DNA of 64,000 nt from assembly GCA_051745185.1 (NCBI GenBank), contig JBNJDV010000003.1:441-64440 (forward strand), read 5' to 3'. Each line of letters starts with the position of its first letter. The first letter of the stretch is position 1. The notes beneath the pieces are model-generated. The model made no database searches, was not told the origin of the DNA, and worked only from the letters and a program-made list of their open reading frames with translations. Positions 40,791 to 49,928 of this stretch are shown piece after piece. Source of the stretch: Bacillota bacterium (lineage in GTDB: Bacteria; Bacillota; Halanaerobiia; Halanaerobiales; M55B127). The position numbers and the translations under genes are program-made.

Positions 40791-41651
40791 TTAATAATTT
40801 GTATCATTTAGAAAATATACTCCTAAAGTTCCTGGGCCAGAATGAGCTCCGATTACTGAACCGATCATGTTTATTATATATCCCTGAGGTTTGAATTTGT
40901 TTTGAATCATATTTTTTAACTTTTTGGCACCTTCTAAGTCATCACCATGGCTGATACCTATAATCTGTTGATCTAAATTATTGCCTCTTTCATCCATGAT
41001 TTCAATTATTCTACTTAATACTTTAGTTCTTCCTCTCTTTTCTTCTAGAGGTTCTAACTTGCCATCATTAACATATAAGATTGGTTTTATATTTAGTAGG
41101 CCACCTACAAAAGCTGCAGTTCTACTTACTCTTCCACCTCTTCTTAAATATTCAAGATTATCTACAGTGAATATATGTTCCATATGGTCTTTATCATGTT
41201 TAATAACATTAAGTATTTCATCTTTTGATTTGCCCTCTTGTGCCATTTTGGCTGCTTTATATACAACAAGTCCATAACCTAGTGAAGCACATCTTGAATC
41301 TATTATATCAAGATCAATATTATTATACTCTTCTTTTATATTATTTTTTACAACTACTGATGATTGATAAGTACCTGATAATTTTGATGAAAACGCAATA
41401 TAGATTGCTTTTTTCTCTTCTTCAGCTATTTTTTTAAATATTTTTTCAAAATAATTTGGTGGTACTTGAGCTGTTTTAAAAACTTTTCCTTCTCTCATTC
41501 CATCATAAATTTCTTTGGGATCATCATTTTTTTTGGCTTGGTCTTCGTGACCTTCAGGATATACTAAAAGCGGTGCTGTAATAATATTATAGTTTTTAAT
41601 CATCTCTTCAGGAAGATCGCAAGCAGTATCAGCAATAATTTTAACAGACAT
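40791..41651 (-). CDS. DegV-family fatty-acid-binding protein (FakB-like)
   Basis: 286 aa with MSVKIIADTACDLP, TAQVPP, SSKLSGTYQS and GPGTLGVYF. Confidence 0.88.
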   Translation of the reverse strand: MSVKIIADTACDLPEEMIKNYNIITAPLLVYPEGHEDQAKKNDDPKEIYDGMREGKVFKTAQVPPNYFEKIFKKIAEEEKKAIYIAFSSKLSGTYQSSVVVKNNIKEEYNNIDLDIIDSRCASLGYGLVVYKAAKMAQEGKSKDEILNVIKHDKDHMEHIFTVDNLEYLRRGGRVSRTAAFVGGLLNIKPILYVNDGKLEPLEEKRGRTKVLSRIIEIMDERGNNLDQQIIGISHGDDLEGAKKLKNMIQNKFKPQGYIINMIGSVIGAHSGPGTLGVYFLNDTNY

Positions 41652-41754
41652 AAAAAAACCCCTTTCAGGTGATGTAATTATTTTTTTATATTACTAAATA
41701 TTAATTTCAAGATAATAAAATTAATTCCTTTATTAATATTTTTCACAGTTCATA

Positions 41755-42762
41755 CTAAGATAAATAATAAAACTCATTTCTTGGTTCACGAAGCATTAAA
41801 TCATCAACAGCCAGATGAGGATTTTTGTTTTTATATAATACTTTATATACTTCTTCAGTAATTGGCATTTCTAAATCAGGATGTTTCTGTAGAAATTTAA
41901 ATAAGGCTTTTGCAGTTTTAGCACCCTCAACAACTTGGTTTACAGTTTGTTTTGCTTCATTAAAACTTTTATTTTGCCCTATTAAGATTCCAAACCTTCT
42001 ATTCCTACTATGGTCAGAATTACAGGTTACTACTAAATCTCCCAATCCAGCTAATCCATTATATGTTTCACGATTTGTATTAAGGTATAGGCCAAACTTA
42101 ACTATCTCTGCAAGTCCTCTTGTAATCAATGCAGCTTTAGTATTATCACCATATCCAACTCCATCAGTTACACCTGAAGCTACAGCAATAATGTTTTTTA
42201 CTGCTCCAGCTATCTCAACACCTTTAACATCTTTAATTGTATATATTCGAAATTTAGAGGTCATTAACATCTCTTGATATTTTTCAGCAAGATTTTTATT
42301 ATTAGATGCTATTACTATTGCTGTTGGTATATCTTTTATTACTTCTTCTGCATGAGTAGGACCTGATAAAACCAAAATATCTCCTGAAAAGTATTCCCTT
42401 ATAATTTCTGAATTGGTCATAAAAGTATCAATTTCAATTCCTTTGGCTGTAGAAATTATAGTATGGGTATCAGTAATTTTTTCACTTAACTTTTTCATCA
42501 CAGACCTTGTTGCTGCTGTTGGAACTGAAAGAATAATATCTTTTGAAAAGTTAATAACGTTATCTAAATTACTAGTAGCCATAATATTTTCATTTAATTT
42601 AACATCGTTAAAGTATTTATTGTTTATGTTTTTTTCATTAATGCTTTTTACAACTTCCTTATCTCTTGCATATATTAATATTTCTTTGATATTATTTGAA
42701 GCAACTTGTGCTAAAGCTGTACCCCAGCTACCTCCACCTATTATTGATATTTTTTCATCCAT
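41755..42762 (-). CDS. gpsA: NAD(P)H-dependent glycerol-3-phosphate dehydrogenase
   Basis: Contains ISIIGGGSWGTALA, GAVKNIIAVASG and LGDLVVTC. Confidence 0.93.
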   Translation of the reverse strand: MDEKISIIGGGSWGTALAQVASNNIKEILIYARDKEVVKSINEKNINNKYFNDVKLNENIMATSNLDNVINFSKDIILSVPTAATRSVMKKLSEKITDTHTIISTAKGIEIDTFMTNSEIIREYFSGDILVLSGPTHAEEVIKDIPTAIVIASNNKNLAEKYQEMLMTSKFRIYTIKDVKGVEIAGAVKNIIAVASGVTDGVGYGDNTKAALITRGLAEIVKFGLYLNTNRETYNGLAGLGDLVVTCNSDHSRNRRFGILIGQNKSFNEAKQTVNQVVEGAKTAKALFKFLQKHPDLEMPITEEVYKVLYKNKNPHLAVDDLMLREPRNEFYYLS

Positions 42763-42783
42763 TACTACTCATCCTTTCCTGAC

Positions 42784-43380
42784 TTACCAACTCATCTTGT
42801 TTTCATTACCATTGATTAATCTCTTTATATTAGAACGATGACTAAATATTATCAAAAATCCAATTAGTATACCGAAAGTAATGTATGAACTTTGCGCACT
42901 ATAAAAAATAATTATACTTACTGGTATTGAAACTGCACCTAATAATGAACCAGTTGATACAATTTTAGTTGTAAAAATCATTATAACCCAAACTACAAAA
43001 AATACTAATAATGATAATGGGAAAAGATAAAGTAAAATTCCCACACTAGTTGCTACTCCTTTTCCACCATTAAAAGATAAAAACACTGACCAGATGTGTC
43101 CAATTATGGCTAAAATTGCTGCTGTAAAAACAAAGACCATAGCATATTCAGGTAAAAGTAGGCTTTTGGCTATTAATACTGCTAAAAATCCTTTAGCAAT
43201 ATCTAATAAGGCAACAATTACACCTACTTTGTATCCAGCAACCCTAGCAACATTTGTTGCTCCAACATTTCCACTGCCATGTTTTCTAATATCTTTTTTA
43301 GCAAATATTTTTCCAAAAATATAGCCATTAGGTATAGCACCTAGTAAATAGGAGAAAATTAAAACCAATATCAATTTCAT
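42784..43380 (-). CDS. plsY: Acyl-phosphate:glycerol-3-phosphate acyltransferase
   Basis: 198 aa membrane protein with GAIPNGYIFGK, HGSGNVGATN and GGKGVAT. Confidence 0.93.
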   Translation of the reverse strand: MKLILVLIFSYLLGAIPNGYIFGKIFAKKDIRKHGSGNVGATNVARVAGYKVGVIVALLDIAKGFLAVLIAKSLLLPEYAMVFVFTAAILAIIGHIWSVFLSFNGGKGVATSVGILLYLFPLSLLVFFVVWVIMIFTTKIVSTGSLLGAVSIPVSIIIFYSAQSSYITFGILIGFLIIFSHRSNIKRLINGNENKMSW

Positions 43381-43385
43381 ATTTT

Positions 43386-44702
43386 TTAACTCCTTTGTTT
43401 AATTTTTATTGCAATAGGACTTCCTATAAACCCAAAGTTTTCACGTATTGAGTTTTCTAGATATCTTTGATATGCGAAATGCATCAGATCAGGATTATTT
43501 ACAAAAAATACAAATGTTGGTGGTTTAACTCCAACTTGACTGCAGTAATATATTTTTAACTGTTTACCTTTTTTAGTAGGTGGTTCCCTAAGTTGTACTG
43601 CTTCTGTAATAACTTCATTTAATAATCCGGTTTTTATTCTTTTTGAATTTTGATCAACACTATATTCTAAAAGTTCCAATACTTCATCTACCCTTTTTCC
43701 ATCTATTGCTGAGATAAAACTGATTGGTACATAGTTTAAAAACTTAAGATTGTAATAAACCTCATCTCTATATCTAGCCATTTCATCTGAATCAGCATTT
43801 ATCAAATCCCATTTATTTATTGCTATTACCATAGCTTTACCAGCATCATGTGCATATCCTGATATTTTTTTATCCTGTTCAGTAACACCTTCATTGGCAT
43901 CAATCATCATTAAAACTCCATCTGCTCTTTCAATAGCTCTTATAGCTCTTATATTACTATAGTATTCAATATCATCATTAACTTTAGCTTTTCTTCTTAG
44001 TCCTGCTGTATCAATGAAATTATACTTTATATCATTAAACTCAATTACAGTATCTATTGCATCTCTTGTTGTGCCTGGAATATCACTTACTATAACTCTT
44101 TCATGTCCTACTAAGTAATTAACTAATGAAGATTTCCCTACATTAGGTTTTCCCACAACTGCAATATTTATGACATCTTCTTTATCTTCTTTTATAATAT
44201 CATCTTCAAACTCAACAATTACATGATCTAATAGATCACCTAAGTTTTTCCCGTGTTCAGCTGAAATAGGAACAACTACTTTAAAACCTAAAGAATAGAA
44301 TTCCCAGACATTTTCCTGCATTATATTAAAGTCTTCAATTTTATTTACCACAACAAAAACTTTTTTATTCGATTTTCTAAGAATCTGTGCCACTTTTTCA
44401 TCAAGAGCAGTTAAACCTGCACGACCATCTACTACAAATAGTATATAATCCGCTTCTTCAATTGCAAGTTCAGACTGCCTTTTAACCATTGTTTTTATTT
44501 CTTCATTATTGCTTACTTCAATACCACCAGTATCTATTAATTTAAACTCATGATCTAACCATTCAGCATCTGCATAAATTCTATCACGAGTTATGCTGGG
44601 TTCGTCTTCTACAATGGATATCCTTGTTCCAGCCAATCTATTAAATAGGGTTGATTTACCTACATTTGGTCTACCTACAATTGCTACTACTGGTTTTGAC
44701 AT
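43386..44702 (-). CDS. der: Ribosome-associated GTPase Der (EngA), two G domains plus a KH-like domain
   Basis: Two Walker A motifs, GRPNVGKSTLFN and GKPNVGKSSLVN, plus DTGG/DTAG and NKxD motifs. Confidence 0.95.
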   Translation of the reverse strand: MSKPVVAIVGRPNVGKSTLFNRLAGTRISIVEDEPSITRDRIYADAEWLDHEFKLIDTGGIEVSNNEEIKTMVKRQSELAIEEADYILFVVDGRAGLTALDEKVAQILRKSNKKVFVVVNKIEDFNIMQENVWEFYSLGFKVVVPISAEHGKNLGDLLDHVIVEFEDDIIKEDKEDVINIAVVGKPNVGKSSLVNYLVGHERVIVSDIPGTTRDAIDTVIEFNDIKYNFIDTAGLRRKAKVNDDIEYYSNIRAIRAIERADGVLMMIDANEGVTEQDKKISGYAHDAGKAMVIAINKWDLINADSDEMARYRDEVYYNLKFLNYVPISFISAIDGKRVDEVLELLEYSVDQNSKRIKTGLLNEVITEAVQLREPPTKKGKQLKIYYCSQVGVKPPTFVFFVNNPDLMHFAYQRYLENSIRENFGFIGSPIAIKIKQRS

Positions 44703-45996
44703 CTCCTAACACCTCCAATATATTTTTTATATTATTGCATAGATATATATTTTTATCACTGTTTCTTTTTTTAAAATCATCTATATTAACATCATCTATA
44801 AATTTATTGTTATCATTTAAAACTATTTTTGGGAGTAAAATATTTTTACTTTCTATACTGTTTATACTTTTTTCAATATCTTGTGCAGTTAACAAACCTG
44901 TTACAGTTACTGTTTCTCCAAAAAAAGAATTTTTTACTACCTCAATTACTATATTCACTTTATCTTGACTTGAATTTATATTATCAATAACAGGTTTAAT
45001 GGCTTTTTTTCCTAGGACAGAGGTAATAATATGAAAGTCTTTTTCTTTATTATTATTATTAATTAAATTAATATACCTATCTTTTATTTTATCATATTCA
45101 TCTCTAAATATTCTAGTAAGGCCAACCCCATTTTCCAACTGAGGAAAATCATTATAGTGATTATAATCAGGTATATCAATATCTGTCGTCAAATAAAATT
45201 CATCAGAAGCATAAAGAAAATTATTGTTAAACTTATTTTTTAGCACCTTCTGCCATTTTTGTACCTGGTTTAAAACTTGTTTGGACTCTTCTTTAGTAAA
45301 AATCCTCAAATTATTATTTTTATATTTTGTTAAACCTACTGGCACAACAGCTATCGATAAAATATTAGGATAAAAATTACTCAAATCTTTTATTGACTTA
45401 TTTAGATAATCTCCATCATTTATTTCAGGACACAGTACCAGCTGAGTATTAAAATCTATATTATGAGATGCTAAAAATTCAAGTTGTTTTAATATATTAG
45501 CAGCATTTGGATTTTTCATCATAAATTTTCTCAACTTGGGATTAGTTGTATGTACTGAAATATTTAATGGACTTAAATTATACTTTACAATTCTATCAAA
45601 ATCCTCTTGATCTAAATTAGTCAATGTTATATAACTACCTTGTAAAAAAGAAAATCTATAATCATCATCTTTTATATTTAATGTGTTCCTTAAATTTGGC
45701 GGCTCTTGGTCGACAAAACAAAATATACATTTATTTTTACATTTATTTAAACCATCATATACAATATTTTCAAGTTCAATACCTAATTCTTTGTCATAAC
45801 TTCTGGTGACATCATATTCAACTATCTCTCCATTTATCTTTTCTGTCTTAAGTTTGAAATTAAAATCTGCAATAAGATAATTATATTCAATATAGTCTTT
45901 AATTTTATTTCCATCAATTGAAATCACTTTATCTCCAGCTTCTATCCCTAACTTATCTGCTGTGCTATTTGGTTTTATATTTTTTATTTTGATCAT
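44671..45996 (-). CDS. PDZ-domain radical-SAM-like protein (DUF512 family)
   Basis: PDZ-like N-terminus (STADKLGIEAGDKVISIDG) and the CX3CX2C motif CKNKCIFC. The start is re-set to the ATG at 45996, 8 nt after AGGAGG; the track start at 46044 lies inside the predicted promoter. The 3' end overlaps der by 32 nt. Confidence 0.75.
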   Translation of the reverse strand: MIKIKNIKPNSTADKLGIEAGDKVISIDGNKIKDYIEYNYLIADFNFKLKTEKINGEIVEYDVTRSYDKELGIELENIVYDGLNKCKNKCIFCFVDQEPPNLRNTLNIKDDDYRFSFLQGSYITLTNLDQEDFDRIVKYNLSPLNISVHTTNPKLRKFMMKNPNAANILKQLEFLASHNIDFNTQLVLCPEINDGDYLNKSIKDLSNFYPNILSIAVVPVGLTKYKNNNLRIFTKEESKQVLNQVQKWQKVLKNKFNNNFLYASDEFYLTTDIDIPDYNHYNDFPQLENGVGLTRIFRDEYDKIKDRYINLINNNNKEKDFHIITSVLGKKAIKPVIDNINSSQDKVNIVIEVVKNSFFGETVTVTGLLTAQDIEKSINSIESKNILLPKIVLNDNNKFIDDVNIDDFKKRNSDKNIYLCNNIKNILEVLGDVKTSSSNCR

Positions 45997-46020
45997 AGAA
46001 TTTCCTCCTGCTGTATAAAA

Positions 46021-46049
46021 ATAATAACATATCTTGGAAGTCATAGCAA
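46021..46049 (-). promoter_or_regulatory. SigA-type promoter for the DUF512-der-plsY-gpsA unit
   Basis: Minus strand reads TTGCTA, a 17-nt spacer, then TATTAT, located just after the ispH-S1 terminator. Confidence 0.5.
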
Positions 46050-46074
46050 TAATGTCATTTTATACATAAATAAA

Positions 46075-46107
46075 GACCTTACTATTCTAAAGTTGAATAG
46101 TAAGGTC
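46075..46107 (-). terminator. Intrinsic terminator after ispH-S1
   Basis: 13-bp stem GACCUUACUAUUC/GAAUAGUAAGGUC with a 7-nt loop, followed by UUUAUUUAU on the minus strand. Confidence 0.8.
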
Positions 46108-46132
46108 CTAAACTTCAATATTCTATTTAGAA

Positions 46133-48508
46133 TTACTCGTCTTTGTCAAATATATCTCCTACTAATTCTTGAATGGTTGCTCCAGAAGGTTGTTCATCTT
46201 CCTTTTGCTTATTTTGGTTATTACTAGATTTTGTATTAGAAGATTTTGTAGTTTTAGAATCTTTTTTATCAGATTTATCTTGTTTGCTTTCTAATTCCTT
46301 TAAACTTAAACCTATTCTTTTTTGTTCAGGATCTATATTAATAATTTGAGCCATTCTCTCTTCACCTTCGGTTACAACTTCTCCAGGTTTTTCAACATGT
46401 TTTTGAGATAGTTGAGAAATATGGATTAAACCCTCAATACCATCTGCAACTTCCATAAAAGCACCGAAGTCAACAATTTTAGTAATCTTACCTTTGATTT
46501 TTTCGCCTTCATAATGCTTTCTTGCAAATTCTTCCCAAGGATCTGGTAGAAGTTGTTTTAGTCCTAGGGAGATTCTTTCATCTTCTTTATTAACTCCCAG
46601 AACTTTAACTTCAACTTCTTCTCCTTCAGTAAGAACTTCTGAAGGGTTATCAATTCTACCCCAGGACATCTCTGAAATGTGAAGTAGTCCTTCAATTCCA
46701 CCTAAATCAACAAAGGCACCGAAATCAACTAATTTGGTTACCTTTCCTTTTACAGTTTCGCCTTCTTCTAAGTTTGCAAGAGTTTCTTCTTTTTTACCTG
46801 CTCTTTCTTCTTCAATTACTTTTTTTGCAGATAGCACTACATTATTTTTATCTCTTTCTACTTCTATTATTTTAAGTCTTAAAGTTTCATTTACATAATC
46901 ACTTAAGTTTTCAACATATCCAACAGCCACGTGTGATGCTGGTATAAAACCGCGAACTCCAACATCTACAACTAAACCGCCTTTAACTTCTTTGGTAACT
47001 TCTGCTTCAATTATTTCATTATTTTCGTGTGCCTCGATGATTCTTTCCCAAGCTTTTTCATAATCAGCTTTCTTTTTAGATAAAATCATATTACCTTCTT
47101 CATTTTCTAATGTTAATATGATTACATCTATTTTTTGATCCTCTTCTACTAAATCACGAGGATCTTCTACTTTACGGTGATTAAGTTCTTCTTTTGGTAT
47201 AAAACCATCTGTTTTATATCCAACGTCAAGATAAACACCAGCATCATTTATTTCAACAACTGTACCTGTAACTTTTTGTCCTTTTTTAAGATCAGCGATA
47301 TCATTATCACTGTAATTGAATTCTTTAGTTTCAGTTTCTTCTTCAGCAGTTTCTTTTGTTTCTTCTTCTATTTCTTCTTCAGTAGTATCTGCTGTTTCTT
47401 CATCTTCGATAACTTCTTCAGTTTCTTCTTCAGCAGTTTCTGCTGTTTCTTCATCTTCGATAACTTTTTCAGTTTCTTCTTCAGCAGTTTCTGCTGTTTC
47501 TTCATCTTCGATAACTTCTTCAATTTCTTCTTCTTTATCTTCAGCCTTTTCTACTTCGTTTTTATCTGTAGTTTCTTCAGTTGTTTCTATATCTTTTTCC
47601 TCTGTCTCTTCTAGCTCTTGAACCTCTTTTGTTTCTTGTACTTCTTCTTCATTTGTGTTAACTTCTTTTTTCTCTTCAGACATAATTTCCAAGACCTCCT
47701 TGATAATCCAGTCAGGGGTCGAAGCCCCCGCGGTAATACCAATTTTATTTGTGTTTTTAATTTTATCCCAGTTGATTTCGTCAACTGTTTCTATATGAAA
47801 GGTTGGAGTATTTGTATAGGCGCTTATTTCAGCTAATCTTTTAGTATTAGCACTATTATGACCGCCTATTACAAACATTACATCAACCTTTTTTGCTAAT
47901 CTTTTTGTTGCTTCCTGTCTATTACCCGTTGTATTACATATTGTATTAAATATTTTCAATTCTTTAACTTTTGGCAATAGATAGTTTGCAACCTTAAAGT
48001 ATTCTTCATAGGACTGTGTAGTTTGTGCAACAATACCTACTTTATCTTTTAAGTTAATATTTTTGAGATTTTTAATATCTTCAATAATTAAACCTTTATC
48101 ATCCGTGTAGCCATATATGCCCAAAACTTCAGGATGATCTTTATCTCCAAAGATAAAGGTCTGATAATCAGTTTCAACAAGTTCTTTTGCATATTTATGA
48201 GCATTTTTAACAAAAGGACATGTTGCATCTATTATATCTAAGCCTTTTAGCTGAGCCTTTTTAAGAACTTCAGGCTCCACTCCATGGGTTCTAATAATTA
48301 ATATTCCGTCTTCTTCGATATCATCTATATTTTCGGCAAGGTTAACTCCTTTTTTAGAGAGTTCATTAACAACTTGCGGGTTATGTATCAGAGGGCCTAA
48401 TGTATATACCTTTTTATCTGTATCAGCAACAGCATGCCTTACAATATCAATTGCTCTTTTTACCCCAAAGCAAAAACCAGCCTCATCCGCAGTTATAATC
48501 TCCAGCAC
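46133..48508 (-). CDS. ispH: Fusion protein: IspH (HMBPP reductase, LytB), an acidic repeat linker, and four S1 RNA-binding domains (ribosomal protein S1-like)
   Basis: N-terminal AGFCFGVKRAI, ATCPFV and NTICNTT (the three IspH Cys contexts). The C-terminus has 4 S1 repeats (e.g. GETVKGKVTKLVDFGAFVDL, GEKIKGKITKIVDFGAFMEV). The likely start is the GTG at 48508, 5 nt after AAGGAGG; the track TTG is at 48532. Confidence 0.88.
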   Translation of the reverse strand: MLEIITADEAGFCFGVKRAIDIVRHAVADTDKKVYTLGPLIHNPQVVNELSKKGVNLAENIDDIEEDGILIIRTHGVEPEVLKKAQLKGLDIIDATCPFVKNAHKYAKELVETDYQTFIFGDKDHPEVLGIYGYTDDKGLIIEDIKNLKNINLKDKVGIVAQTTQSYEEYFKVANYLLPKVKELKIFNTICNTTGNRQEATKRLAKKVDVMFVIGGHNSANTKRLAEISAYTNTPTFHIETVDEINWDKIKNTNKIGITAGASTPDWIIKEVLEIMSEEKKEVNTNEEEVQETKEVQELEETEEKDIETTEETTDKNEVEKAEDKEEEIEEVIEDEETAETAEEETEKVIEDEETAETAEEETEEVIEDEETADTTEEEIEEETKETAEEETETKEFNYSDNDIADLKKGQKVTGTVVEINDAGVYLDVGYKTDGFIPKEELNHRKVEDPRDLVEEDQKIDVIILTLENEEGNMILSKKKADYEKAWERIIEAHENNEIIEAEVTKEVKGGLVVDVGVRGFIPASHVAVGYVENLSDYVNETLRLKIIEVERDKNNVVLSAKKVIEEERAGKKEETLANLEEGETVKGKVTKLVDFGAFVDLGGIEGLLHISEMSWGRIDNPSEVLTEGEEVEVKVLGVNKEDERISLGLKQLLPDPWEEFARKHYEGEKIKGKITKIVDFGAFMEVADGIEGLIHISQLSQKHVEKPGEVVTEGEERMAQIINIDPEQKRIGLSLKELESKQDKSDKKDSKTTKSSNTKSSNNQNKQKEDEQPSGATIQELVGDIFDKDE
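47380..47532 (-). repeat. Three tandem 51-bp (17-codon) repeats, in frame within the ispH-S1 linker
   Basis: Copies lie at 47380-47430, 47431-47481 and 47482-47532, with 2-3 mismatches between neighbouring copies. They encode E[EK]VIEDEETAETAEEET. A degenerate partial copy lies at about 47344-47379. Confidence 0.9.
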
Positions 48509-48645
48509 CTTCACCTCCTTCCAAAACAACAAAACAAGACCTGACTAACAACTTCCTAACCGATTTAACAATACTTATAATACTGTTTTAATACTTGCTC
48601 ATAGATATTATTAAAATAACATATTTTTTGATAAAAGGCAAATAT

Positions 48646-49242
48646 TTAATCCAGTCTTTTAAGTTCTTCTCTAATTTTATCCATTATTAACTGACCAACT
48701 TCATCTTTTTGATCTCTATTCAACTTTTTATCATAATACTCATCAAGTAAAAAAGGCTTGCCAATAGCAACTTGAAGTGCATTATTTTTATCATCTGAAT
48801 GTTTGATAGCAACGGGTAAAATTGGACTTTTACTCATTAAAGCTATTAGTGTGACTCCTGGTTTTGCTTCTCCTAGTTCATCCGATTTTATTCTAGTTCC
48901 TTCTGGAAACATACATAAAGCTTGGTCATTATTTAAGATATTTAATGACTTTCTTATAGCACTTTTATCCGGTACACCTCGTTTTACAGGAAAGGTTCCC
49001 AGCTTCTTTAAAATATAACCGAACCATTTTTTTTCAAATAATTCTGCTTTAGCCATAAAATGGAGCTGCCTTTTCACAGCACCGCCTACAATTGGTGGAT
49101 CTAAATAACTAACATGGTTTGATACTATTATTAGTGGGCCATATTTAGGGACATTATCCTTCCCTTTAACCTGAAACCTGTGTACCACTTTTAAATACAA
49201 ATTAATCAAATAATAGCTTAACCAGTAAATTAATTTGGCCAT
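48646..49242 (-). CDS. plsC: 1-acyl-sn-glycerol-3-phosphate acyltransferase
   Basis: 198 aa with the HX4D motif NHVSYLDP and the FPEGTR motif. Confidence 0.88.
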   Translation of the reverse strand: MAKLIYWLSYYLINLYLKVVHRFQVKGKDNVPKYGPLIIVSNHVSYLDPPIVGGAVKRQLHFMAKAELFEKKWFGYILKKLGTFPVKRGVPDKSAIRKSLNILNNDQALCMFPEGTRIKSDELGEAKPGVTLIALMSKSPILPVAIKHSDDKNNALQVAIGKPFLLDEYYDKKLNRDQKDEVGQLIMDKIREELKRLD

Positions 49243-49243
49243 A

Positions 49244-49912
49244 TTAATGCTCCCCTTTTATATAACTTAGAAGTTTTTGTAATACTTCCTTTTTGCTTAA
49301 CATTGTTGTATCAACAACAACAGAATCATCTGCTTTTTTTAATGGAGAATATTTGCGATTTGAATCTGTTTTGTCCCTTTTTAAAATCTCTTTTTTAACT
49401 TCTTCTAAGCTTTTTTTAGTTTCTCCTCTTGTTAATATATCCTTATATCTTCTTTTTGCTCTTTCCTCAACTGTGGCTGTTATATAAAATTTATAATCAG
49501 CATTAGGTAAAACTCTAGTACCTATATCCCTGCCATCCATAACAATATTTTTAGAATTTGCTATTTTTCTTTGCTTTTTGACTAATTCATCCCTTACACC
49601 TTTTATTTGAGCAATTATAGAAACATTTTTATCTACAATCTCAGATCTTATTTGATCAGATATATCTTTATTGTCGAGAAATATTTTAAACTCATTATTA
49701 CTATAATCAATATCAATATCAGTACTTTGTGTAAGCTTTATGATTTTATCATTATCATCAATATTTACATTATTATCACAAGCTAAATAAGTTACTGCTC
49801 TATACATAGCACCACTATCTAAATAAGTGTAATTTAACTTTTGGGCTAACATTTTTGCAATAGTGCTTTTTCCAGCACCTGCTGGACCGTCGATAGCAAT
49901 TGAAGTTGACAA
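49244..49912 (-). CDS. cmk: Cytidylate kinase
   Basis: Contains IAIDGPAGAGKSTIAK, YLDSGAMYR and DGRDIGT. TTG start. Confidence 0.93.
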   Translation of the reverse strand: MSTSIAIDGPAGAGKSTIAKMLAQKLNYTYLDSGAMYRAVTYLACDNNVNIDDNDKIIKLTQSTDIDIDYSNNEFKIFLDNKDISDQIRSEIVDKNVSIIAQIKGVRDELVKKQRKIANSKNIVMDGRDIGTRVLPNADYKFYITATVEERAKRRYKDILTRGETKKSLEEVKKEILKRDKTDSNRKYSPLKKADDSVVVDTTMLSKKEVLQKLLSYIKGEH

Positions 49913-49928
49913 TTTAACACCCCATTTA

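Noticed and set aside
41825-42841. + strand ORFs of 150 aa (41825-42277) and 142 aa (42413-42841).
   Set aside because: They are antisense to gpsA and the plsY 3' end. They have no RBS, a hydrophobic low-complexity composition, and the opposite strand has clear family motifs.
47380-47532. A regular direct repeat that could superficially suggest a CRISPR-like or minisatellite array.
   Set aside because: The copies are contiguous with no spacers. Their period is a multiple of 3 and in frame inside a long ORF, and no cas genes are present. It is a coding tandem repeat.
47177-47836. Three + strand ORFs encoding poly-Phe/Ser proteins (145, 101 and 72 aa).
   Set aside because: They are the reverse complement of the Glu/Thr/Ala-rich linker and its 51-bp repeats in ispH-S1. 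This is an artefact of GAA-rich coding sequence, not a set of genes.
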